A stretch of 64,000 nucleotides of DNA from an uncultured delta proteobacterium. Its GTDB lineage: Bacteria > Desulfobacterota > BSN033 > UBA1163. Position 1 is the stretch's first letter. Every line of letters begins with the position of its first letter. Positions 9,210 to 20,972 of the stretch are shown here, one piece after another. Position numbers and translations under genes: made by a program. Below the pieces are notes generated by a model, which was given only the letters and a program-made list of their open reading frames with translations, had not been told where the DNA came from and made no database searches. Location: the NCBI GenBank assembly GCA_963708295.1, contig CAVPSJ010000005.1:32001-96000 (forward strand). The letters run 5' to 3'.

Positions 9210-11205
9210 TCATCCCATTTTTAATTCCATCTCCTCCAAGCGCTGAACCTTATCTCGGATCTCCGCGGCCCGCTCAAATTCCAAATGGCTGGCTGCCTCC
9301 TTCATCTCCTTCTTCAACTTCTGAATCGTTGCGGGAATCTCTTTAATGGAAACATAGGCCTCTTCGACGTCGGACACAGTCGGAATCGTCAAATAGTCAG
9401 CCTCGTAGATCGAAGCCATAATATTTCGAACCGACTTCTTCACGGACTGCGGCGTAATCCCGTGCTCTTCATTATACGCCTCCTGGATTTTCCTCCGCCG
9501 GTTCGTTTCTAGAATCGCCTGATCCATCGATCGGGTCATTTTATCCGCATAGAGGATGACCTGGCCGTTCACGTTTCGTGCGGCACGGCCGAAAGTCTGG
9601 ATCAGTGATTTTTCGGATCGAAGAAAACCCTCCTTGTCGGCATCCAGAATGGCAACCAATGCCACCTCCGGGATATCAAGACCTTCCCTCAGAAGGTTGA
9701 TTCCGACCAGAACATCAAATTTCCCAAGCCGGAGTTCTCGAATGATCTCCACCCGGTCCAAGGTGTCGATGTCGGAGTGGAGGTACTTGACCCGAATTCC
9801 AAGGTCCGCGAAGTATTCGGTCAAATCTTCTGCCATGCGCTTGGTGAGAGTAGTTACGAGAACCCTCTCCTTCCGCTTCACCCGCTTCTGGATCTCCCCC
9901 AGAAGGTCATCGACTTGATTCTTCGCAGGTTTGACATCCAGGAGAGGATCGCTCAGACCCGTCGGGCGGATGATTTGCTCCACGATCTTTCCATGGCTCT
10001 TCTTCATCTCATATTCACTCGGGGTCGCCGAAACATAAATGACCTGCCGGATGCGGTTCTCAAACTCTTCGAACATCAGCGGCCGGTTGTCCAGCGCGGA
10101 GGGAAGACGAAATCCGTATTCCACCAGTGTTTCCTTCCTGGATCGGTCTCCCCGGTACATCCCGATCAGTTGGGGAAGGGTGACATGGCTTTCATCGATG
10201 AATAAGAGATAGTCGCTCGGATAATAATCCAGAAGCGTGGGAGGAGGTTCTCCAGCTTTTCTTCCGGTGAGATGGCGGGAATAGTTCTCGATTCCCTGGC
10301 AATAACCCAGCTCCCGAAGCATCTCCAAATCGAATTTCGTCCTCTGTTCGAGTCTCTGGGCTTCGAGAAGTTGATTTCGGGACCGAAACCATTCCAGCCT
10401 TTCCTTCAACTCTTCCCGGATGCTCTGAATGGCTTTTTGCATACGGTCCGGAGGAGTGACGTAGTGGCTTCCCGGATAGATCGGAACTTTATCCAAATGC
10501 TCGATGATTTTCCCTTTCAAGGGATCGATTTCAGAGATCTCTTCAACGCAATCTCCAAAGAGCTCGATCCGGATCGCCCGGCTTTCCTCATGAGCCGGGA
10601 AAGACTTCAATCACATCTCCTCGAACCCGGAAAGTCCCGCGGTGAAAATCAATATCGTTTCGCTCATACTGAATCTCGACCAATTTTGAGAGGATCGCTT
10701 CCCTGGAGATGTCCATTCCTTTTTCCAGATAGAGGAGCATTCCATGGTATGCCTCCGGAGATCCCAAACCATAGATGCAGGAGACACTGGCGACAATGAT
10801 GACATCGTTTCTTTCAAGAAGGGAGCGGGTGGCCGAGTGTCGCATCTTGTCAATTTCTTCGTTGATCAGAGTATCCTTCTCGATATAGGTATCGCTGGAG
10901 GGGATATAGGCTTCCGGTTGATAGTAGTCATAGTAACTGACGAAGAATTCAACCGCATTCTCCGGAAAGAGTTCCTTGAACTCCCCGTAAAGCTGGGCAG
11001 CCAGGGTCTTGTTGTGGGAGATGACCAGCGCGGGTTTCTGAACCTTCTCGATGACATTCGCCATGGTGAAGGTCTTTCCGGACCCGGTCACCCCCAAAAG
11101 AACCTGGTGCTTCGCCCCTTCAAGAACATTCTCACATAGTCTTTCAATGGCCTGAGGCTGATCGCCTTTCGGTTGGAACTCAGAGACAAGTTTAAATGAG
11201 TTCAT
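9210..11205 (-). CDS. uvrB: excinuclease ABC subunit B, split by a +1 frameshift near 10598
   Basis: [48 protein letters not shown]; halves 10588-11205 and 9210-10610 join if one base of TTTCCCGGCT is removed (VFPAHEES). Confidence 0.93.
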
Positions 11206-11401
11206 GACTTTATTTTACAATAAAAAGGGAAAGAGGGGAAAGGCTTTAGTTCGGGCGGAGTTCCGAGTTTCAAAAAAAGATACACATAGGCGATATCAGA
11301 TGGCGAATGGTCAAGAAACAAATATGTGATTCGAGCCAGGCTATTGGCTATCACCTATAAACTATAAGCTCTGTTCTTATCCCTTGGTGTTGTTTCCGTT
11401 C

Positions 11402-12943
11402 TTAAGAACTTTTTTCTTTTTTTGCGGGGCTGGCAGGAACTTCATTTTTGTTGTTATTGACATCTTCGGGTTTCAATTTTTTCTGGACGCCGGAGGCGTA
11501 GACGATGATGGCGGATTCGCCATCGACCGGACATTTGTTTTCGCAGATGCCGCAGCCCGTGCATTTTTCTTCTTTGATGATGGGGCGTTTCTTATCGTCA
11601 CCGATGATGGCATGATAGGAACACTGCTCATTACAGACGAGGCAGATTTTTTCCGTGTCCCAGGCAATACACCGTGTCTTGTCGACATGAGCGATCCCCA
11701 TCTGCAGGAGGCGTTTTTCCTCGATCGGAAGAGGCCGGATGGCTTCGGTGGGACATATCCTTCCACAAAAATTACAGAACTCTTCACAGTAACCGATTCG
11801 GGGAACAAGCCTCGGTGTGTAAAGGCCGGCCAGGCCCGCCTCCAGAAGAGTGGATTGTAGGGCATTATTGGGGCAGACCTTCAGGCATTCGCCGCAGCCC
11901 GTACAGACGGAAACAAATTGCTCTTCGGGAAGAGACCCCGGAGGCCGAATCAGCCGGTTATTTCTCATTCCGCTCTCTGACTGGAGGGGATTGGCCTTGA
12001 TCATCAATGCTGAGACAGCACCAAAAGCCAGGGACCCCAGAACATACCTCCTCGAAAGGTTTACACCATGCACCGTTCTCCAACGAGGTAAACCGAAATG
12101 GAAAGAAACAGCTTCCGGGGGACATTCAAGGCATTTGAAACAGGAGACGCAATCCTGCTGCCGGTATTCCTGCGGATTCGCTTCAGGAATTGCACCCACC
12201 GGGCACTCCTTCACACACTTGAGGCAGTGGGTACAATCTTCTGTGACAAACCGTTTCAATATACGAAAACGTGAAACGATTGAAAAGAGGGCCCCCAGCG
12301 GACAGAGGTATCGACACCAGAACCTTTTTCTGGCGACCCCCAGGGTCAGAACGATGACAAAAAACAGAAAGATCAGAAGGTTGACCTTAAATAGAGGCAT
12401 CGGAATGGTCGACGCCATCAAAGAGTTTTGAGGGAGAAAATTCTGAACCTGCGGGACAACGTGATTAAAGACAAAGATGGCAGGAGGATAGAATGCGATG
12501 ACAAGGGTGCGGGTGATGAGGCTGATGGGGTCGAGAATGTACATGACCTGAAAGGCCATCAGACCTGCCACAAGAGAAAAGATGAGAATCCCGTAGCGGA
12601 GCTTTCTGAGGGATTGGTCGTTAACGCTCTTAAACCCCTTCTTTTCTCTGAAAAGAATTCGGTCGAAAAAATCGATGGTGGCGCCCATGGGGCAGAACCA
12701 TCCACAAAAGAAATTGCCAAAAATAAAAACGACGAGGAGCACTCCGAAGGCAGGAAGCATTCTCAGGATGACCTCCTTCTTCGTGAGGATCGTAATGATC
12801 CCGATAAAGGGATCGAGGCGAAGGTAGAGGTCCACCGGGATTTTCAGCTCAAGGGGAAAAGCGGCCTTGATGATGAGATAGAGAAGGAAGAAAAACGAAA
12901 GGGTTTGAATCGTCCTCCTCAGGTAGGGAATCGCTTTTTTCAT
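11402..12943 (-). CDS. membrane-bound polyferredoxin (NapH/MauN-like membrane domain plus MauM/NapG-like 4Fe-4S domain)
   Basis: TM helices; FFCGWFCPMG and FWCRYLCPLG motifs; several CxxCxxCxxxCP; IRPPG. Confidence 0.85.
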   Translation of the reverse strand: MKKAIPYLRRTIQTLSFFFLLYLIIKAAFPLELKIPVDLYLRLDPFIGIITILTKKEVILRMLPAFGVLLVVFIFGNFFCGWFCPMGATIDFFDRILFREKKGFKSVNDQSLRKLRYGILIFSLVAGLMAFQVMYILDPISLITRTLVIAFYPPAIFVFNHVVPQVQNFLPQNSLMASTIPMPLFKVNLLIFLFFVIVLTLGVARKRFWCRYLCPLGALFSIVSRFRILKRFVTEDCTHCLKCVKECPVGAIPEANPQEYRQQDCVSCFKCLECPPEAVSFHFGLPRWRTVHGVNLSRRYVLGSLAFGAVSALMIKANPLQSESGMRNNRLIRPPGSLPEEQFVSVCTGCGECLKVCPNNALQSTLLEAGLAGLYTPRLVPRIGYCEEFCNFCGRICPTEAIRPLPIEEKRLLQMGIAHVDKTRCIAWDTEKICLVCNEQCSYHAIIGDDKKRPIIKEEKCTGCGICENKCPVDGESAIIVYASGVQKKLKPEDVNNNKNEVPASPAKKEKSS

Positions 12944-13890
12944 GCAGCCGTGACCTTCTTCACCCGCACCTTTGAGAGGTTGATCTGGCCCAGGCCTAGA
13001 TCGTAAGCATTCTTAACGAACTGGATCTCCTCCGGCTTGAAAGGTTTTCCGGTCTTGGGATGCTTGAAGAAGGCGGCCGCATAAGCATCGAGCGCTACGA
13101 TATCGGCAGAAGCGATGACTTCTCCGATATCCTCAGTTTTTCCAGGCCCCTTTGGACCGTTCGTTGTGAGAATCCGGATCGCATCCATCACCACCAGGTC
13201 TGGTTTTCGGACCGTATTGACATCCGCGATGCACTGATGAAGTCCGATCTTATGCAATTGCTCCATATCCCATGTGATCCCGATCAGGTTTTTCATTCCA
13301 AGGGTCAGTTCCGTGGCAAAGTGTTGTTTGGGAATGGGGAAATTGATAAAGACATCGGAGTCGAGCACGTCTCTGAGGATTTCAACGGTCTTAAGCTTCT
13401 TGCCCTTCTGAACCTCGACCTGCTTATAGGAGTTCCGGCCATGGCCGGAGAAGATGTCTGCCCCTGCCTTCTGGGCCGTCTCCTTTAACCCCGACCGGGA
13501 AAAACAAAACTGGTAATTATCACAGGTGTGATCCCAGACCGCGACTCGCTTCGCACCCGTGTCATAACACATCTTGATCAAGGCCGAGAGAAGGTCAGGG
13601 TTATTCGTGCAGGCCTGGTCAGGCGTCCTCGCCCAGGCGATGTTGGCCTTGATCACGACCCTTTGCCCTTTCTTGACAAATCGGCCCATCCCGCCCAGAG
13701 GAGCCATGGCAGCCTGAAGAAGCTGGGAGGCACTTCCGTTTTTGGCGATGACCAGATCAGATTCTTCAGCGGCATGGGCAAGGGAACCATAAAATGGAAG
13801 CTTGCTCGATAAAAGAGGGAGTGCTCCCGCGGCAGCGGTTCCCTTGATGAACTGTCTACGAGTGATTTTCTTACTTTGGGAATGATCCAT
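12940..13890 (-). CDS. DUF362 domain protein with Tat signal
   Basis: TRRQFIK; LGGMGRFVKKGQRVVIKANI, PKQH...LTLGMKNLIG, LHQCIAD, DIVALD. Confidence 0.85.
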   Translation of the reverse strand: MDHSQSKKITRRQFIKGTAAAGALPLLSSKLPFYGSLAHAAEESDLVIAKNGSASQLLQAAMAPLGGMGRFVKKGQRVVIKANIAWARTPDQACTNNPDLLSALIKMCYDTGAKRVAVWDHTCDNYQFCFSRSGLKETAQKAGADIFSGHGRNSYKQVEVQKGKKLKTVEILRDVLDSDVFINFPIPKQHFATELTLGMKNLIGITWDMEQLHKIGLHQCIADVNTVRKPDLVVMDAIRILTTNGPKGPGKTEDIGEVIASADIVALDAYAAAFFKHPKTGKPFKPEEIQFVKNAYDLGLGQINLSKVRVKKVTAA

Positions 13891-13910
13891 GATTCCTCCT
13901 TTATCTTAAG

Positions 13911-14060
13911 TTCGAAGCACGAAATTAAAACGAACTATACACTCTAAACACTAAACTCTAAATCCTAAACAAATCCGAAATCTAAAACTCTAAAAGATTA
14001 AGTTAAACGGTTTTGAATTTGGGCTTTCGAACATTTGAGTTTGTTTAGAGTTTAGGGTTT
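13911..14060. repeat. heptamer-repeat palindromic element
   Basis: CTCTAAA/CACTAAA/TCCTAAA-type units on the left arm and TTTAGAG/TTTAGGG on the right arm. Confidence 0.7.
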
Positions 14061-14102
14061 AACCCTCGTCTCTTACGCTACCCGATCTCAAGCTTGGTTA
14101 CG

Positions 14103-15159
14103 CTACGGTGTCATGATCAGCCGTGACACTCCCTTATCCGTCCCAAACCAGATACTGTTTTTATCCTCGGCTGCGCAAAATACCCCGTTGCTCAATAATC
14201 CATCGGAAACCGTCAACGACTCCCACTGTTTCGTCGGAAGGTCATAAATACTCACCCCGTTATCCCGACAGATGAGAACCTTCTCCTTGGTCACGGCGAT
14301 GGAATTAACCCCTCCGCTCTTCAACGAATCCGTAGGCTCCATTTTATTCCAGCGGTCGGATGCAGGATCGTATTGGAAGAGCGTTCCTCCGATACCCCCC
14401 GCCCATATTTTCTGTCCGGCGCTGACGACGGATTTGATCTCGGTCTCGGCTATCCCTTCTCTCTGCGAATAGGTTTTCCAGGTTTTCTTGGCTTTGTCAA
14501 AACGACTGATCCCTCCGTTCGTGCCCGCCCATAGGAAGCCGGATTCGATCAGAAGGGAATTGACAAAATTCCCAGAGAGGCCGTCTTCCGCCGAATAGAA
14601 TCTCTTCCACCCTTCTATCTTTTTATCGAAGAGCGAAAGGCCCTTTTCCGACCCCACCCAGACCCAATCTCCATCCAAAGCCATGGAGTTGACTTTTTTG
14701 GCACGGCCGTCATTGGTCGTGAATTTTTTCCATGGGGGATTTCTCCGGGGATGGTAGTAGGATATCCCTCCGCCTCCAAAACCGTAAAAGTAGGTGCCAA
14801 ACCAGATGCGATCCACATCCGGAAGAATGACGGAGACATGGTTATAAGGGAGAAGATTTTGCCAATTAATGCTGACTCCCTTATCGATTTTGTCCATGGG
14901 CTCTCCCTTGGTCGTATAGGCTCTGCAAGTCTTCTTGGACGGATCGTAAAAGGTAGCCCCCCCGCTATAGGTTCCGAACCACAATTCCTCACCTTGAACG
15001 GCAATCGCAAACACCATTTCACTGGAAAGACCCTCTTTGGGGGTGACCTGTTGGAAGGACAAGGGCCGCCTTAACATACCGGCGTCGGAAGGAAAGGAAA
15101 CAAAGAAGATAAAAAAGACCGGGAAAGACAATTTTATTAAGGACTTAAGAATTCTTTTC
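14103..15159 (-). CDS. secreted beta-propeller protein (two-component regulator propeller/ligand-binding-like repeats)
   Basis: Repeated (D/E)GLxxxxV...WFGT units; signal peptide from MKRILK at 15159 with GAGGAG RBS. Confidence 0.8.
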
Positions 15160-15488
15160 ATCTCTCCTCCTCTAATAGACCCATAATTATGTCGAATCAA
15201 ACGGAGTTTTTCAATAGTCGTTGCCATTTCATCCTCTCCCAGGGGGATCATAGGAGCAAAAATTTCATCCACTTACCTTGACAATCCCCTTTTGGATGAT
15301 TATCTAAAGGGCAGCGCTAAAGGGTTGTCTTTTATCTGTTGACCAGCCAAACTTACAAAGGACCCCTAACTCATTAATTTTAAATAGCTTTACTTCAAGG
15401 AGGTGATGCGAAGTATTCATTAACAATGGAATTATATTTCCAATTTTATTGATTTGAAAACCACTGACCAAGAAAGGAGAAGTCAAAG

Positions 15489-15782
15489 ATGAAGATCAGA
15501 CCGTTACAGGACAGAGTGATTGTCAAACGACTCGAGGAGGAAGAGAAGACAAAAGGCGGGATCATCATTCCTGATACTGCAAAAGAGAAACCGCAGGAAG
15601 GGAAAGTCATAGCGGTTGGGAAGGGAAAGATGACAGAGGAAGGTAAGCTGATCCCTCTCGACGTAAAGGTTGGGGACAAAATTCTCTTCGGAAAGTATTC
15701 GGGCACAGAGATCAAGATTGAAGGGGAAGAGCATCTCATCATGAGAGAAGAAGATATCTTAGGAGTGATTGAAGGAAAATAA
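15489..15782 (+). CDS. groES: co-chaperonin GroES
   Basis: [10 protein letters not shown]...[14 protein letters not shown]...KYSGTE. Confidence 0.98.
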   Translation: MKIRPLQDRVIVKRLEEEEKTKGGIIIPDTAKEKPQEGKVIAVGKGKMTEEGKLIPLDVKVGDKILFGKYSGTEIKIEGEEHLIMREEDILGVIEGK

Positions 15783-15806
15783 CAAATTTCAAAGAAATGG
15801 AGGTAA

Positions 15807-17453
<1,647 letters not shown>

Positions 17454-17478
17454 GATTTTAATCTCTATTGAATTTGAG

Positions 17479-17521
17479 AAGAGGGCTTGGGAGTCTGGAA
17501 CATTTTTCCCAAGCCCTTCTT
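17479..17521 (+). terminator. rho-independent terminator after groEL
   Basis: AGGGCTTGGGA ... TCCCAAGCCCT inverted repeat followed by a T-rich stretch. Confidence 0.7.
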
Positions 17522-17792
17522 ATTTCAACCCTTTCAGAAGGTTCTCCCCCCCTAAGTCATCCTCTTTGAACCCTGTCCCTCAACTATTTCATACCGCTCC
17601 ATTGCCGTCCAAATTTGGTCCAATGGCTCGGATGTCGAATCCTCTGCGCCCTCAGCGGCTCTGCGGTGAGAATCCTATGGTGGAAAAGCATGATCCTGTT
17701 GTAACTATTGGATTCTATTCTCAAAAGTCCCCTTTTACTTGCAATTCAAAAAAAAGGGGTTTAATATTTTGTCCGTAGTGGAAAGAAAACCG

Positions 17793-18701
17793 TTGCAAAT
17801 TGAATTTCGGCATCTGGAAACTTTCTGCCGTGTGGCTGACTTAAAAAGTTTCTCCAAGGCGGCTGACGATCTTTTCCTCACCCAACCCACGGTCAGCGGC
17901 CACATCCTCTCCTTGGAGCAATCGCTATCTCTGCGCCTTTTTGACCGGGCCAGTCGGGAGGTACGGCTCACAAAATCCGGGCAGGTCTTCCAGGAATATG
18001 CTTCAAAAATTTTGTCTCTGCGTCAGGATCTGGTGAATGCATTGAGTGAATTTTCCCTGGGGATCAGGGGAGAACTCTCTTTGGGCAGCAGCACCATTCC
18101 CGGAGAGTACCTCCTCCCCAGACGGATCGGTGATTTCAAAAAAGAACACCCCTCTTTTATCATCTCCCTCAAGATCGCTGATACGAAAGAGGTGATCGAA
18201 TATGTCCTACAGGATCGAGTCGAGATCGGAATCATCGGCGCCAAGGTCAACCATCCTTCCCTCCATTATGAAAAGTATGCAGAAGACGAGATCATCGCCG
18301 TGGCTCCTTCCGATCACCCTCTCACCCGAAAAAAGAAGGTAACCCTCGACGAGCTGCTCGAAGAACCCTGGATCCTTCGGGAGGAAGGCTCTGGAACCCG
18401 GATCGCAGTGGAAAAGGCGTTACGGAGGAAAGGCAAAAGCTTCAGAGAATTCAACGTGGCCATGGAGATGGGGAGCACCTCTTCGGTCAAGGAGGGGGTA
18501 AAGGCCAAATTAGGTCTTGCGTTTATTTCTCAAACAGCCGTCGAGGAAGAAGTCCGTCAAGGCTTCTTTTCGCGAATCGATCTCGATCGCTTTGAACCTA
18601 TCCTCCGACAAATTTATATCGTTTTTCATCGCCGTAGAACGCTTTCCCCGATGGGAATGGAATTCCTTCGATTTCTCAGAAGCAAGAAGGAGAAATCATA
18701 G
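17793..18701 (+). CDS. LysR-family regulator (CysL-like; resembles the selenium-metabolism-associated LysR subfamily)
   Basis: HTH SFSKAADDLFLTQPTVSGHI; GSSTIPGEYLLP; REEGSGTR; start uncertain (17739-17793). Confidence 0.85.
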   Translation: MQIEFRHLETFCRVADLKSFSKAADDLFLTQPTVSGHILSLEQSLSLRLFDRASREVRLTKSGQVFQEYASKILSLRQDLVNALSEFSLGIRGELSLGSSTIPGEYLLPRRIGDFKKEHPSFIISLKIADTKEVIEYVLQDRVEIGIIGAKVNHPSLHYEKYAEDEIIAVAPSDHPLTRKKKVTLDELLEEPWILREEGSGTRIAVEKALRRKGKSFREFNVAMEMGSTSSVKEGVKAKLGLAFISQTAVEEEVRQGFFSRIDLDRFEPILRQIYIVFHRRRTLSPMGMEFLRFLRSKKEKS

Positions 18702-18843
18702 AGGGACGGTTTGGGCAGATGATTTCATCTGCTTCTATCTAAGCGTTGCGAAAACAAAAACTTTGGGAGGGGGTCATTCCGGAAAGCCTTCTTGAAGAAA
18801 TAGTTGACTTAGAAACGATTATTATCTTAAATAATAGTGCGGT

Positions 18844-20181
18844 ATGGAAAAATCCAAAGAATCCGGAATGAATAAGATGAAAAGAGTTCTCCCGCTTTTT
18901 CTTTTTTTAGGTCTCTTCGTTTCCTCCGTTGCTGACGCGAGGGTCTATTTTGATATCAATGCCCCGAGCTTCGTCCAAATTCCCATCGTCCTCGCAAAAT
19001 GGAAACCGGTGGACAAAACCCCCTCTTCCTTTTCGGAAAAGGTGTATGAGATTCTGGCCAACGATCTCACGCTTTCCGGTTTTTTCAAGGTGATCGATGC
19101 CAACCGTCTTCCCCCTTCTCTTCGAGAAAGGGACGGCATCCCCAGCCCGTCCGCTTTGCAAGAGTGGATCCCTGCGGGCGGAGAAATTCTCTTGGCGGGC
19201 GAGGCCCTTTTGGAACCGGACGGTCTCAATTTCAAGATGAAATTTCACCTGTACGATTTAGTGGAGCAGAAACACATTGTTGGGAAGCAGTACGAAGGCA
19301 ATTTACAAACCCTTCGACCCGCAGTGCACCGAATGGCGGACGAGATCCTTCTTCAAATCACGGGGGAGAAGGGGGTTCACAATACCAAGATCGCCTACGT
19401 GCTTCTTCAGGGAACGGGCAAAGAGATTTGTATTGCTGATTTCGACGGCACGAACGTCAAACAGATCACTCAGAATAAGTCCATCAACCTTTCGCCGGCC
19501 TGGGCTCCCGACGGGAAGCAAATCGCCTTCACCTCCTACCTCAGACGAAATCCGGATCTTTACCTAATCGACGTGGATGGGAAGAACTTTCAACTCTTCT
19601 CTCGATATCCTGGGTTGAACGTCTCTCCCTCCTGGTCACCCGACGGGAAAAAGATCGCTCTGATGATGGGAATGGAGGGAAAATCAGATATCTATCTCAT
19701 GGAGTCCAACGGAGGCAACCCCAGGAAGTTGACGAGGGGGCACGGCAATGAGGCTTCGCCCACATGGTCCCCGGATGGTGAGTCGATCGCTTTCGTCTCC
19801 GACCGATCCGGGTCTCCACAAATCTATATCATGGCGCGGGATGGGTCCAACGTGCGCCGACTGACGTTCGAAGGCAGTTACAATACCAATCCTTCCTGGT
19901 CCCCCAAAGGGGACCGGATCGCTTTTTGTTCAAGGGCAGAAGGGCGTTTCGAGATTGTTACGATTGGAATCGATGGATCGGGGCTCCGGAGGCTGACATC
20001 CAATTCCGGAAATAATGAAAACCCCAGTTGGTCGCCGGATGGCCGTTATATTGCCTTCAGTTCCAGCCGGACAAGGGCGTTGAAGATTTTCATCATGAAT
20101 GCAAATGGCTTCAATCAGAGACCGTTAACGACATCGAAGGGAGGTGAATCGAACCCTGCCTGGTCAAGGCGGTTTGAGTAA
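18844..20181 (+). CDS. tolB: Tol-Pal system beta-propeller protein TolB
   Basis: TolB N-domain (DLTLSGFF, VHRMADEI) plus PD40 repeats (PxWSPDG); followed by pal. Confidence 0.93.
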   Translation: MEKSKESGMNKMKRVLPLFLFLGLFVSSVADARVYFDINAPSFVQIPIVLAKWKPVDKTPSSFSEKVYEILANDLTLSGFFKVIDANRLPPSLRERDGIPSPSALQEWIPAGGEILLAGEALLEPDGLNFKMKFHLYDLVEQKHIVGKQYEGNLQTLRPAVHRMADEILLQITGEKGVHNTKIAYVLLQGTGKEICIADFDGTNVKQITQNKSINLSPAWAPDGKQIAFTSYLRRNPDLYLIDVDGKNFQLFSRYPGLNVSPSWSPDGKKIALMMGMEGKSDIYLMESNGGNPRKLTRGHGNEASPTWSPDGESIAFVSDRSGSPQIYIMARDGSNVRRLTFEGSYNTNPSWSPKGDRIAFCSRAEGRFEIVTIGIDGSGLRRLTSNSGNNENPSWSPDGRYIAFSSSRTRALKIFIMNANGFNQRPLTTSKGGESNPAWSRRFE

Positions 20182-20318
20182 GCCCCGTTAGAGATGACAG
20201 GCCTTTGCCCTCTGCTCTATCTGTAAGCAAGTGAAGCCTGTGATAGGACCCCACCCTGCATGACGGAGACTCTAACAGGGAAATGAGTTTTTCAAATCAT
20301 TTATGAAGGGAGGTTGCC

Positions 20319-20888
20319 ATGCGTAAGAAAAGTCTCATGATCACTGTTCTCATCCTCTGCCTCGGGCTCGTCATGATGGGTTGTCCGAAAAAGACGGCCG
20401 TGAAAGAAGAACCCTCCGTCAAGAAGGAAGAAGCAGCCAAGTCTGAAGCAGAGCGTGCCGCAAAGGAAAAAGGAACGACCACCAAAGAACAATTCGAGAA
20501 AAGCCTTGTCGCGGAGAGGACCCCTGGGATCGAAGGACAGGTTTTCGAAAGCTCCCTGCTCAAGGATATTCACTTTAACTTCGACAAATATGACATCCGT
20601 CCTGAAGATGCAGCCCTTCTGAAAGAAAATGCAGCCCTTCTGAAGAAATTCGCTAATGTCAAGGTCCAAATCGAGGGCCATTGTGATGAACGAGGAACCG
20701 TAGAATATAACCTCGCCCTCGGTGAGAGGCGGGCCAACAGGACAAAGGATTATCTCGTCTCATTAGGCATCTCCGCAGCCCGTATTTCCACGATCAGTTA
20801 CGGAAAGGAGAAACCGCTCGATCCCGGCCATGAAGAAGAAGCCTGGGCCAAAAATCGAAGGGCCCATACCATTATCACGGGAAAATAA
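20319..20888 (+). CDS. pal: peptidoglycan-associated lipoprotein
   Basis: Lipobox MMGC; IHFNFDKY, IEGHCDERGT.EYNLALGERRA, SYGKEKP, AWAKNRR. Confidence 0.96.
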   Translation: MRKKSLMITVLILCLGLVMMGCPKKTAVKEEPSVKKEEAAKSEAERAAKEKGTTTKEQFEKSLVAERTPGIEGQVFESSLLKDIHFNFDKYDIRPEDAALLKENAALLKKFANVKVQIEGHCDERGTVEYNLALGERRANRTKDYLVSLGISAARISTISYGKEKPLDPGHEEEAWAKNRRAHTIITGK

Positions 20889-20972
20889 TGAGCCGCAGCA
20901 CTCCTCCGGGAGTTCCAACGGTCGCGAGGAGAGCTTGTTCACCCAAAAAACAACTTTTGCAAAGGTGATGGT

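Noticed and set aside
10588-10590. Selenocysteine readthrough at the TGA in uvrB (and at 40301 in the esterase)
   Set aside because: The downstream coding parts are in a different frame, so readthrough would not restore the proteins.
15240-15488. CIRCE operator upstream of groES
   Set aside because: No TTAGCACTC-N9-GAGTGCTAA found; a TTGACA is present at 15278 but its -10 box is poor.
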